IMG/VR virus record: IMGVR_UViG_3300023174_005338
Location: 62,001-126,000 of that record
Length of the DNA: 64,000 bases
Strand: one strand, 5' to 3'
The position numbers and the translations under genes are program-made. Position 1 is the stretch's first letter. Every line of letters starts with the position of its first letter. This document shows positions 1 through 8,450 of the stretch, in pieces. The notes below the pieces were generated by a model. It did no database searches. It worked only from the letters and a program-made list of their open reading frames with translations, and was not told where the DNA came from.

Positions 1-694
1 GCTCCAGCACATGTTCTGGTCGCCAAACAGGATTATGAAAGTTATAGTCAGAGTAGTGTATATCTGTGTCGGAATCCACAGGGTTACAGTGGGTCAGGCA
101 TTGATCAACCAGTTGATGCGTGATCAGTAGATCCGTAAATTTCAGTCTATATTCTCTGGTGCCGGTCCAGGCGCGATTGTATATTAAAAATTTCTTTTTG
201 CTATTTTTCTTAAAAACTTCGTGTTGCGCATATCTAAACCAATCTCTAGCTATGATTGCATGACTCCAGTAGTAGACCGACAACAATTGACTTTGATGAT
301 TGGCCGGAGGCTCGAGATATTTTTCTAAATTTTTTGACCTGCGTTCACTGTGCAGTAACAGGCTTTTACCAAATAAATTTTTTCGAAAATTTATGTTAAA
401 GGCAGGTTTGGCCAAGTTCAGATCATTTAAAATTTGCACCAGTTTTGCGGGTAAAATATCGTCTGATTTTTGTTGTTGATTCAATCGTTCATAATCTAGT
501 GCTTCTTGGTCGTGGCAAAAAACAATTGGCCATAAAAAATTTGCCAAAAAAGATTCATGTTCTCTCAATGGCAACAATTGATCAATATTTTTTGCACCAT
601 CTGGATAAAAACGATAAATTAATACACGCCCATCATAGCTGTGACAGGCAATATTGTCAATAAAATGATACAGACTATCTAATGGAACACTCAT
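1..694 (-). CDS. Partial ORF running off the window edge, conserved phage hypothetical protein
   Basis: Manual minus-strand translation from ATG at 694: MSVPLDSLYHFIDNIACHSYDGRVLIYRFYPDG...KKFLIYNRAWTGTREYRLKFTDLL..., open to position 1; missing from the ORF track because it has no stop in the window. Confidence 0.8.
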   Translation of the reverse strand, partial: MSVPLDSLYHFIDNIACHSYDGRVLIYRFYPDGAKNIDQLLPLREHESFLANFLWPIVFCHDQEALDYERLNQQQKSDDILPAKLVQILNDLNLAKPAFNINFRKNLFGKSLLLHSERRSKNLEKYLEPPANHQSQLLSVYYWSHAIIARDWFRYAQHEVFKKNSKKKFLIYNRAWTGTREYRLKFTDLLITHQLVDQCLTHCNPVDSDTDIHYSDYNFHNPVWRPEHVLE

Positions 695-723
695 AGCAGA
701 TTATATATTTACTTGAATGATCA

Positions 724-1254
724 ATGTCAAATAAAAATTACTACCTACACAAGTACCAATTGTATCCTTTTTGGGATGATGAATACCAACGACTGAACTA
801 TGTGAATGAATCATTCAACGATGCCGATCAACTACAGGACTGGCAACAGCTGGGTTACGGTTGCAAGTTTACCGGAGACATGTGTGACATGCGTGATCCG
901 CAACCGATCTGGAATCAGAGATTTATTGACATATTTTCCGGACAAGGATGGCATGATGTTGGTACCAGCTACTACCGAATGGGCACAGGTACAGTGTTGC
1001 CCACACATCAGGATCGTTATGTCAAATACATTTCCTTGTTTGGTCTGCAGGGTCGAGAACACACCATACGTAGAGCCATTGTATTCCTGGAAGACTGGCA
1101 ACAGGGGCACTATGCTGAATATAAAGGTCGGCCCTATGTAAATTGGCGTGCCGGAGCTGTCATAGAATGGACCTATGACACACCACACATGGCGGCTAAT
1201 CTAGGGCCAACTCCAAGATACACCTTGCAAATAACTGGACATGTACCTGATTAA
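724..1254 (+). CDS. 2OG-Fe(II) oxygenase / cupin-fold protein
   Basis: HxD (PTHQD) plus distal His (HMAANLG) facial triad and terminal RYTLQITG strand. Confidence 0.65.
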   Translation: MSNKNYYLHKYQLYPFWDDEYQRLNYVNESFNDADQLQDWQQLGYGCKFTGDMCDMRDPQPIWNQRFIDIFSGQGWHDVGTSYYRMGTGTVLPTHQDRYVKYISLFGLQGREHTIRRAIVFLEDWQQGHYAEYKGRPYVNWRAGAVIEWTYDTPHMAANLGPTPRYTLQITGHVPD

Positions 1255-2170
1255 TACCTGTAACGAATGGGACCCACTGGAAACTGTAGTAGTGGGTTCG
1301 GCCACCGCGGCCAATTGGCCCTCATCTGATCCGGTATTTGCCGAAGAAGGTCAAAAAACAACCTGGACTGAAACACCTGTGCCACAAGGTCCAGTGCCCA
1401 AATTCATTGTTGATCAAGCCAACAGAGAATTAGACACACTGAGTGAGACCTTGTTACGATATGGCGCCACTGTACATAGACCTCGTCCCATGGACTTTGT
1501 AGAAGAAAAAGGCCTGTACAACTATTGCCCCAGAGACCGACTTTTGGTTTGGGGCAACACCGTGGTTGATGTCAACATGATGTATCCTTGTCGCAATCAA
1601 GAAATTACAAATTATTATCGTGTGTTATCACAGGCTCGAACTATACTGACTATGCCTAGAGATAGTGGCATGGTCCTGGATGCAGCCAATGTGTGTAGAT
1701 TGGGCGATACTTGGTTGTTCCTGGAATCGGCTTCGGGCAATCGTGCAGCCTATGAGTGGCTGTGCGAAAAATTTCCTCAAGTGAACATTGAACTGTGCAA
1801 CTTTTATTCGGGAGTTCATATTGACTCAACCATAGTGCCGTTGCGCGAAGGTTTGGTCATGCTCAACGCCAGTCGTGTCAACAAAGACAACTGTCCTCGA
1901 GCATTTGACTATTGGGAAAAGATCTGGGTCACCGACGACATGATAGTAGCGCACGATTTTTACCAATATCCCTATGCAAGCAAATGGATAGCCATGAACA
2001 TGCTGGTATTGGACCCAGAAACTGTTATTTTAGATGCGGCACAATCCCAACTAATTACATTACTAAAGCGGCACGGAATTGACAGCATACCTTTGACTTT
2101 GAGTCATAGCAGGACTCTAGGCGGTGGCTTTCATTGTGTGACTTTGGACACACGGAGACGTCATGACTGA
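1241..2170 (+). CDS. Amidinotransferase (glycine / inosamine-phosphate amidinotransferase family)
   Basis: NEWDPLETVVVG, CPRD, HID and C-terminal GGGFHCVTLD with catalytic Cys. Confidence 0.9.
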   Translation: MYLINTCNEWDPLETVVVGSATAANWPSSDPVFAEEGQKTTWTETPVPQGPVPKFIVDQANRELDTLSETLLRYGATVHRPRPMDFVEEKGLYNYCPRDRLLVWGNTVVDVNMMYPCRNQEITNYYRVLSQARTILTMPRDSGMVLDAANVCRLGDTWLFLESASGNRAAYEWLCEKFPQVNIELCNFYSGVHIDSTIVPLREGLVMLNASRVNKDNCPRAFDYWEKIWVTDDMIVAHDFYQYPYASKWIAMNMLVLDPETVILDAAQSQLITLLKRHGIDSIPLTLSHSRTLGGGFHCVTLDTRRRHD

Positions 2171-3212
2171 CACGGCAATTACAATTGATCCAAACTTGAT
2201 CAGGCAATTGGTTGAACAAGCAATCGAAGACAACATAAATCAATTGCTGTCTCAACTTTGTTCAGATTCATCATGGACGCAGCGAGTAGAAAATCTGATC
2301 AATCAAGCAATTGTACAAGAAACTTTAGCTCGTCTAGGATCAATCGATCTTGGTCCAGTGATCAAACAGCATGTGGATGCCAACATGCACAAGTTCACTG
2401 CTGACATGTTAAAAAACTTTGCCAGCACAGGTATTTCAGACCTGGCCGCACAGTGTGAGCTCACAGTTATGGACGGAGTGGTTGTGGCTGAAAATAGCCT
2501 GACCAGTAAAAATTTACAAATCATTGATTCAGCTGAAATACAACACCTGGTAGTCACCGGCAGCATCAACACCGACAATCTGTCCTGGTCTGCGCTGTCG
2601 GCTGATATCAGTCAGCGTACATTGGATCAGTTGACTGCAAGCTGGAAAACTACCTTGGTTGAGCAAGTAACCAAACATGTCCAACAACAGGGCATAGAAT
2701 TTGAAAACGTACACATGGGTGGAGAAAAATTACTAGATGCCGGCAAACTGTCTCGCGCCATCACTGAATCCAATATCCAGACCCTGGGCACACTTCGAAC
2801 CTTGCAGGTCCAAGGAGAAGCACGCTTCAACAACAACACTGTCAATGTGATGAACAAGCGCTTGGGCATCAACACCGACACTCCAGAAAAGGCACTCAGC
2901 ATCTGGGATGAAGAAGTCAGCATAGTGATTGGCAAACACAAGGTCAATCAGGCCTATGTGGGCACCAACAGAGATCAGGGCATGGCTATAGGAGTGAATC
3001 GCGAACCACAGATTGAAATTTCAGCAGATGGCATGACCAGCATAAAACGCCTGCAAGTAGGTGCCTACAAGATCGGGCATGCCACACAGGTGCCCGGTTG
3101 GTCTGGCACCCGCGGCGATTTGATTTTCAATTCCAATCCAGGACAGGATCGGGTTTTTGCCTGGCAGTGCCTGGGCGGTCTTCGCTGGCAAGCTCTCAAA
3201 GGTTCAGAATGA
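2163..3212 (+). CDS. Hypothetical protein, possibly virion-associated
   Basis: 349-aa ORF overlapping its neighbours; C-terminal RGDLIFNSNP...FAWQC resembles tail-protein ends. Confidence 0.5.
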   Translation: MTDTAITIDPNLIRQLVEQAIEDNINQLLSQLCSDSSWTQRVENLINQAIVQETLARLGSIDLGPVIKQHVDANMHKFTADMLKNFASTGISDLAAQCELTVMDGVVVAENSLTSKNLQIIDSAEIQHLVVTGSINTDNLSWSALSADISQRTLDQLTASWKTTLVEQVTKHVQQQGIEFENVHMGGEKLLDAGKLSRAITESNIQTLGTLRTLQVQGEARFNNNTVNVMNKRLGINTDTPEKALSIWDEEVSIVIGKHKVNQAYVGTNRDQGMAIGVNREPQIEISADGMTSIKRLQVGAYKIGHATQVPGWSGTRGDLIFNSNPGQDRVFAWQCLGGLRWQALKGSE

Positions 3213-3766
3213 AAATCAGTTGGGTGTTGTCGGATTCGGTGCAATTGGATCCCATGCAAAACGTGGATGATCTCAAACAACTGGGTGTGTTCTGGGGTTC
3301 TTGGCTGACCTGGCGTGCCTGTGCCACTGACAACGTGATTTGTCATGACATGACACAGGCCGCAGAACTGATCAAACGAGATTTCCATCGTTGTTGTAAC
3401 TTTTACATACCCAATGATATCTATGTGAGTCTAGATCGTCCTGCCGGAGTAAATCTGTATGAAGGTAAATTTGTGCATGATGTGATACATCAAGAAGAAA
3501 TAGTGGCCATGCACCTTGCAGCCACAACCAGTGACATAGTGCTGTTGTTGGGATTTGATTTAAGCGAATTGTCTCCAGATACAGATCGTTTAACAACTCA
3601 TCAGGCGCATCATCATCGAAACATGATACGCCAAGTCATAAAAGATTCTGAAAACAAACAATGGGTGATCGTTGATCATGCGCAAGCACTGGACCCAATT
3701 TTGATGTCGTTGCCCAACGTGGGCACAGACTCGTTGTCGGCTGTGCTGAATCTCAGCAATAGCTAA
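3209..3766 (+). CDS. Hypothetical protein
   Basis: ATG at 3209 overlaps the upstream stop (ATGA); MKISWVLSDSV... Confidence 0.7.
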   Translation: MKISWVLSDSVQLDPMQNVDDLKQLGVFWGSWLTWRACATDNVICHDMTQAAELIKRDFHRCCNFYIPNDIYVSLDRPAGVNLYEGKFVHDVIHQEEIVAMHLAATTSDIVLLLGFDLSELSPDTDRLTTHQAHHHRNMIRQVIKDSENKQWVIVDHAQALDPILMSLPNVGTDSLSAVLNLSNS

Positions 3767-3773
3767 GATTTTT

Positions 3774-4046
3774 CTATGCTATCACGGCCTGATACAATTC
3801 TGTAGCACCAACTTGTGCGGCAGTTGGTGTAACTACGGTATCCAACCAATTTTGTGCCAACTCGACAGTGGTCCATGTGCGTTGAACTTCGTATTGATTT
3901 TCTGGAATTGTTTCGGTAGGACCATATATGATAGTGGTAATACCGTCGGTATTACCTGCAGCCACATAGGGTTGAATTGCTGATTCAAAAGCATTTACCA
4001 GCAACGGGCCACTTGACGTATTCCAGCGTGTGATTGATTTTGCCAT
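3774..4046 (-). CDS. Hypothetical protein
   Basis: 90-aa ORF with AGAGGAG-like RBS. Confidence 0.65.
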   Translation of the reverse strand: MAKSITRWNTSSGPLLVNAFESAIQPYVAAGNTDGITTIIYGPTETIPENQYEVQRTWTTVELAQNWLDTVVTPTAAQVGATELYQAVIA

Positions 4047-4092
4047 ACATTAACTCCTCTAATAAGTTATTAACCTTATTTAGCACATCTGT

Positions 4093-4121
4093 TTGACAAA
4101 TACATCTTAATTGTGTATACT
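4093..4121 (+). promoter_or_regulatory. Sigma70-type promoter for uvsE, probably leaderless
   Basis: TTGACA-N17-TATACT; ATG 8 nt downstream. Confidence 0.75.
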
Positions 4122-4129
4122 AAAGCTCT

Positions 4130-5161
4130 ATGAATACACTAAAGCGTATTGGTTTCTGTTGCAAATGGCTCAATGATCCTAGCGAATGCGGGGGTATGAA
4201 GGTCAATGCCAAAGACCGTGATCTCAACGGACGAAGCACCACCATGCGTTGGTTGCGTGAGCATCCGGCCGAAGCTGAACAGCGCCAGTGGGACATCATG
4301 AATCACAACACCTCAGCCGCGGTCAAGTTGATTGAGCGTGTGGCCACACTACCAGCCAACCGTAGAATGGTTCGTTTGGGTTCGGAAATGTTACAGGGCT
4401 ACACAGAGAAAGATTGGAAAGCCTGGTGGCAACGTCAGGAAATACAAGATCATTGTGAACGTATTTTTGCACCTATTGGAGAAACAGCCCGCAGACTGGA
4501 TGTGCGACTCAGCTTCCACCCTGGACAGTTCTGTGTGTTGGGTTCAGAGTCAGAAGAAATAGTAAATAGAAGCATAGAGGAGTTTGAATATCATGCGGAT
4601 ATGGCCAGATGGATGGGTTATGGGAAATCCTTCCAGGATTTTAAAATCAACGTACACATATCAGGTAAAGCCGGTGCCGCCGGTGCGCGACGTTCGTATG
4701 GACGACTCAGCCCCACAGCCCGCAGTTGTATTACATTTGAAAACGAAGAAATAACACATGGCCTGGATCGTTGTCTTGAACTTGCTGATATTGTGCCTAC
4801 TGTGCTTGATGTTCACCATCACTGGATCAAGACTGGAGAATATATTTCGCCCACAGATGATCGTGTTGCGAGGGTTGTGGACAGTTGGCGTGGTGTTCGT
4901 CCTGCTATGCACTACAGCGTTAGCCGTGAAGACGTACTTGTTGACCATGCCGTTCACCATAAACCAGATCATGCAGTTTTGCTAGAGTCTGGTCACAAGA
5001 AACAAAAACTGCGAGCACATTCAGATTTTTATTGGAACCCGGCAGTCACCGACTGGGCCCTGAGTTTTTGGTCCAAGTTTGACATACAGTGCGAGGCCAA
5101 AGGCAAGAACCTGGCCAGTGAGCAAGTTTACCGTCGTGCGGTAGAACTGGGGTTGGTATGA
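4130..5161 (+). CDS. uvsE: UV damage endonuclease
   Basis: IGFCCK, RLSFHPGQF, INVHISG, ITFENEE, LDVHHHW, RAHSD motifs. Confidence 0.93.
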   Translation: MNTLKRIGFCCKWLNDPSECGGMKVNAKDRDLNGRSTTMRWLREHPAEAEQRQWDIMNHNTSAAVKLIERVATLPANRRMVRLGSEMLQGYTEKDWKAWWQRQEIQDHCERIFAPIGETARRLDVRLSFHPGQFCVLGSESEEIVNRSIEEFEYHADMARWMGYGKSFQDFKINVHISGKAGAAGARRSYGRLSPTARSCITFENEEITHGLDRCLELADIVPTVLDVHHHWIKTGEYISPTDDRVARVVDSWRGVRPAMHYSVSREDVLVDHAVHHKPDHAVLLESGHKKQKLRAHSDFYWNPAVTDWALSFWSKFDIQCEAKGKNLASEQVYRRAVELGLV

Positions 5162-5337
5162 GCATGGGATTTGGTGTCTTTTTACTTGTGGTGATATTTG
5201 GTGCATTTGTTGTCACTCACATGATCAAGATGGACGGCGATGTCGACAGCATAGAACTGGCCGCAACACTAGCCTTGATCCTGTTCTCGGGATTTGTGAT
5301 CTATTGTGCCATGTATTTCTTGCGTGGCCTGTTATGA
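5158..5337 (+). CDS. Small two-TM membrane protein
   Basis: Manual translation MSMGFGVFLLVVIFGAFVV...MYFLRGLL; ATGA coupling at both ends. Confidence 0.6.
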   Translation: MSMGFGVFLLVVIFGAFVVTHMIKMDGDVDSIELAATLALILFSGFVIYCAMYFLRGLL

Positions 5338-5627
5338 AGAAGATCGTTCAGGATGTTGTACAATATGTGCGACACGATTGGCACAGCAATCGCTTGAGAT
5401 TCTGTGCTGAAGTGTTTGCCTGGGCGTGCAGTGTAGTATCGGCTGTGATATTTGCCGCCACAGTTCCTCACATACCAGTGGTGCCCTTGTACACAATCTT
5501 TATCGCGGGCTGTGTCAGCAGTGCCTGGGCCTGTTACACCCGAAGGAGTTTTGGCTTGATGGCCAATTCGGTGTTCTTGGTCATCATCGACGGAATAGGC
5601 CTGGTCAGATATTTCTTGGTTAATTAG
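5334..5627 (+). CDS. Membrane protein
   Basis: MKKIVQDVVQ...; three hydrophobic segments. Confidence 0.7.
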   Translation: MKKIVQDVVQYVRHDWHSNRLRFCAEVFAWACSVVSAVIFAATVPHIPVVPLYTIFIAGCVSSAWACYTRRSFGLMANSVFLVIIDGIGLVRYFLVN

Positions 5628-5818
5628 GCTTTTGGAGTCTTAGGGGCACGTGGCTTTTTGACTGCAGGCTTTTTGACTGCAGGCTTTTTGGCCGCTGGTT
5701 TCTTTTCTTCTGCCACAGTTTTGGGGAATGGAAAATGTTCAGAACCTTCGACCTTGTAAGGTGCCTCAGTAGGTTCGGCAGGTTTTGCTCCAAAAATTCG
5801 CTTTAATAATGATAGCAT
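5624..5818 (-). CDS. Small basic protein with KKPA repeats
   Basis: AGGAG RBS; MLSLLKRIFG...KKPAAKKPAVKKPAVKK encoded by a 15-bp tandem repeat. Confidence 0.7.
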   Translation of the reverse strand: MLSLLKRIFGAKPAEPTEAPYKVEGSEHFPFPKTVAEEKKPAAKKPAVKKPAVKKPRAPKTPKA

Positions 5819-5969
5819 GGTAGTTCTCCTTGTAGAATATTTATTTTCTGTTGGATCATTATGTTTTGTTATTATGTGGCACTGCACAATATAAATACAA
5901 AGTCAGTGTTTTCACTGAGAGATTTTGATCACGAGTCAAAATCAAAATACAACCCAAAAGGAAAAAACA

Positions 5970-6089
5970 ATGAAATCAATCTTATCAACAGTATGGCAAT
6001 TCATGTGCGATCTTGGTCATGCCAGTTATGCTGCACACTTGGCACGCAATGGACAGGTGCAACGAGCACAGTCCATGTATAAAAAATAA
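5970..6089 (+). CDS. 39-aa small protein
   Basis: AAGGA RBS; MKSILSTVWQFMCDLGHASYAAHLARNGQVQRAQSMYKK; stop overlaps the GNAT start. Confidence 0.6.
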   Translation: MKSILSTVWQFMCDLGHASYAAHLARNGQVQRAQSMYKK

Positions 6090-6643
6090 TGTACACCACC
6101 CAGTTTCTAGACTCTGACAAATACTACCGCTACGGCGAATGGTTACAGGAGCAAGATTCTGATACCCTACAGATTTATTTTGGCAGCGCAGGTCCTGGTA
6201 TCGTAGAAAGCCTCATGCTACGCATAGAAGCTGAGCCAGATCGGCATGCTTTCCTGGTGGCCGCCAACTGCGCGGGCTGGCTGGGCACCTTGCACATAGC
6301 AGAAGTCACTCCAGCACAGGTAGAATTTGGCTTAATAGTCCATAAAAACTATCGTGGACTGGGCATTGGAGATGATCTGCTGACACAAGGCATAACTTGG
6401 GCACGCAATCGTGGCTATAGCGAACTGTTCATGCACTGTTTGACCCACAATGCAACCATAAGGCACCTGTGTTACAAGCACGGACTAGAACCACGAGATC
6501 TGGGCGGCGACAGTGAAACCAAGATTGCACTAGCACCTGCTACCTGGATCACGGTCAATCAAGAACTGGTCACACGTCAACGCAACCTGTTCTATATGGC
6601 TCTGCAACAAACTTGGCGGCCGTTCCAGGAAAATTTGGGCTAA
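6089..6643 (+). CDS. GNAT family N-acetyltransferase
   Basis: Motif A VHKNYRGLGIG and HCLTHN. Confidence 0.85.
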   Translation: MYTTQFLDSDKYYRYGEWLQEQDSDTLQIYFGSAGPGIVESLMLRIEAEPDRHAFLVAANCAGWLGTLHIAEVTPAQVEFGLIVHKNYRGLGIGDDLLTQGITWARNRGYSELFMHCLTHNATIRHLCYKHGLEPRDLGGDSETKIALAPATWITVNQELVTRQRNLFYMALQQTWRPFQENLG

Positions 6644-6650
6644 GTAAAAC

Positions 6651-7367
6651 ATGGGCCTACTCATCTACATCCTGGTGATGACACACATCACCATAGCCTG
6701 TGTCACACTTTACTTGCACCGCAGTCAAGCACATAGAGGGGTATCATTTGACCCACGTGTGACACACTTCATGAGATTCTGGCTGTGGCTGACCACAGGC
6801 ATGGTCACCAAGCAGTGGGTGGCCACACATAGAAAACATCACAGATTCACCGACAAAGAAGGTGACCCGCACAGCCCACAAAATGAAGGAATCTGGCAGA
6901 TCTTGCTGGGCGGTGCTTTCTACTATGCCTGGGCAGCCCAAGACAAAAAAATGGTCGAACAGTATGGCGTGGGCACACCTGATGACTGGATGGAACGCAA
7001 CATCTATACTCCATTCAATTGGCTGGGTATTGTGATCATGTTCTTTATTAATTGCATGATATTTGGCTGGGCCTGGGGGTGGTTGGCCTGGGGGTGGCAG
7101 ATGATCTGGATACCCTTATGGGCCGCTGGAGTCATCAACGGCTTAGGTCACTGGTGGGGATATCGTAACACAGCCACCAACGACTATTCAACCAACATTG
7201 TGCCTTGGGCATTTTTCATCGGCGGCGAAGAATTACACAACAATCATCACGCTGATCCGGCTAGCCCTAAATTAAGCCAAAAACCCTGGGAATGGGATCT
7301 GGGTTGGACCTACATCCGACTGCTGGAACGCTACAATCTGGCCACACTTCGCGAAAGGTCAGTTTAG
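6651..7367 (+). CDS. Membrane fatty-acid (acyl-CoA delta-9 type) desaturase
   Basis: Three His boxes HRSQAH, HRKHH, HNNHH plus TM segments. Confidence 0.92.
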   Translation: MGLLIYILVMTHITIACVTLYLHRSQAHRGVSFDPRVTHFMRFWLWLTTGMVTKQWVATHRKHHRFTDKEGDPHSPQNEGIWQILLGGAFYYAWAAQDKKMVEQYGVGTPDDWMERNIYTPFNWLGIVIMFFINCMIFGWAWGWLAWGWQMIWIPLWAAGVINGLGHWWGYRNTATNDYSTNIVPWAFFIGGEELHNNHHADPASPKLSQKPWEWDLGWTYIRLLERYNLATLRERSV

Positions 7368-7409
7368 CCAAAATCTTCTGAAACGAGTAATATAGGTATA
7401 TAATAATTG

Positions 7410-7438
7410 TTGCACTGCAATAAATATTCTTGTATAAT
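7410..7438 (+). promoter_or_regulatory. Promoter overlapped by a TTGCA-C-TGCAA inverted repeat
   Basis: TTGCAC-N17-TATAAT upstream of the phasin-like gene. Confidence 0.6.
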
Positions 7439-7476
7439 ACTAGAGTAGTAAACCATTTCAACATAGGAGAAACCAA

Positions 7477-7743
7477 ATGGAATTCAACAAAATCGACTTC
7501 GCAAAATTATTTGATGTAACTGTTGCCATTGACAACATGCACAAAGGTGTCACAAACATGATCACTTACATGCCCGAGCAAGTTCGCTCCAGTGCCCACA
7601 CTGTGGTAGATGCACAGTTCGGTTTGATCCGCACAACCAACAAGGCCGTGAAAGAGTTTGCTGAAACTGTAGAATCTGTAGCCAAAGAAGCACAAAAAGA
7701 AATCACCAAAACCATCGAAAAGGCCACCAAAGTATCTGCCTAA
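7477..7743 (+). CDS. Phasin-like helical protein
   Basis: 88 aa, predicted all-helical and amphipathic, Ala/Thr/Glu/Lys-rich; strong AGGAG RBS; family assignment by composition only. Confidence 0.5.
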   Translation: MEFNKIDFAKLFDVTVAIDNMHKGVTNMITYMPEQVRSSAHTVVDAQFGLIRTTNKAVKEFAETVESVAKEAQKEITKTIEKATKVSA

Positions 7744-7761
7744 TTTGTCGTTTTACAACAT

Positions 7762-7785
7762 AAAAAGCCCCCATGGGGGCTTTTT
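7762..7785. terminator. Bidirectional intrinsic terminator
   Basis: AAAAA-GCCCC-CATG-GGGGC-TTTTT. Confidence 0.85.
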
Positions 7786-7871
7786 ATTTGAATAAATTGT
7801 TTGGACAAAATCGTCATAAGTAGTTGAGTGGCCCAGAATCTTGTGCTATAATATACGTAGAGAATTCCAAA

Positions 7872-8450
7872 ATGCCAATCATTCAAGATCAGGACAATTC
7901 CGAAAAAGAACCATCACGCCTGTTGCAGGAAGCCGGCATGTATGTGTTCATGGGCGAAGTCAACGATGACACCATCAAGCCCATCATCGAGTGGATCTTG
8001 GTAGAAAATCATGTAGTAAAAAAGAAGAAAAAAGAGTTGTTGCTCATGGTCTGTAGCGAAGGCGGCAGCGTAGAAGATGCCTTTGCCTTGATCGACGTGA
8101 TGAAAGCATCGAGCATAGCAATCAAGACCGTGGGTCTGGGCGTGATAGCCAGTGCCGGACTCATGATATTCCTAGCTGGACATGCAGGACGCAGGGTGCT
8201 GACACCCAACACTTCAATACTGAGCCATCAGTATAGCAACAGTCACGAAGGCAAACATCACGAACTGTTTGCCATAGCCAAAGAACACAATCTCATACAG
8301 TGGCGCATGCTGGAACATTATCGTGCGGCCACGGGCTTGGACACTGACACTATCCTGGAAAAATTGTTGCCACCCAGTGATATCTACCTGTCAGCAGAAG
8401 AAGCACTAGAATTAAAAATCTGCGACTACGTCAGCGACTTGAAAAAATAA
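7872..8450 (+). CDS. ClpP-family protease (divergent copy)
   Basis: CSEGGSV, catalytic Ser in IASAG, His in LSHQY, Asp in SDIYLSAEEA. Confidence 0.85.
   Translation: MPIIQDQDNSEKEPSRLLQEAGMYVFMGEVNDDTIKPIIEWILVENHVVKKKKKELLLMVCSEGGSVEDAFALIDVMKASSIAIKTVGLGVIASAGLMIFLAGHAGRRVLTPNTSILSHQYSNSHEGKHHELFAIAKEHNLIQWRMLEHYRAATGLDTDTILEKLLPPSDIYLSAEEALELKICDYVSDLKK

Noticed and set aside
445-663. 72-aa plus-strand ORF in the track
   Set aside because: It is the antisense shadow of a longer minus-strand gene (694 to the window edge) with a protein-like sequence.
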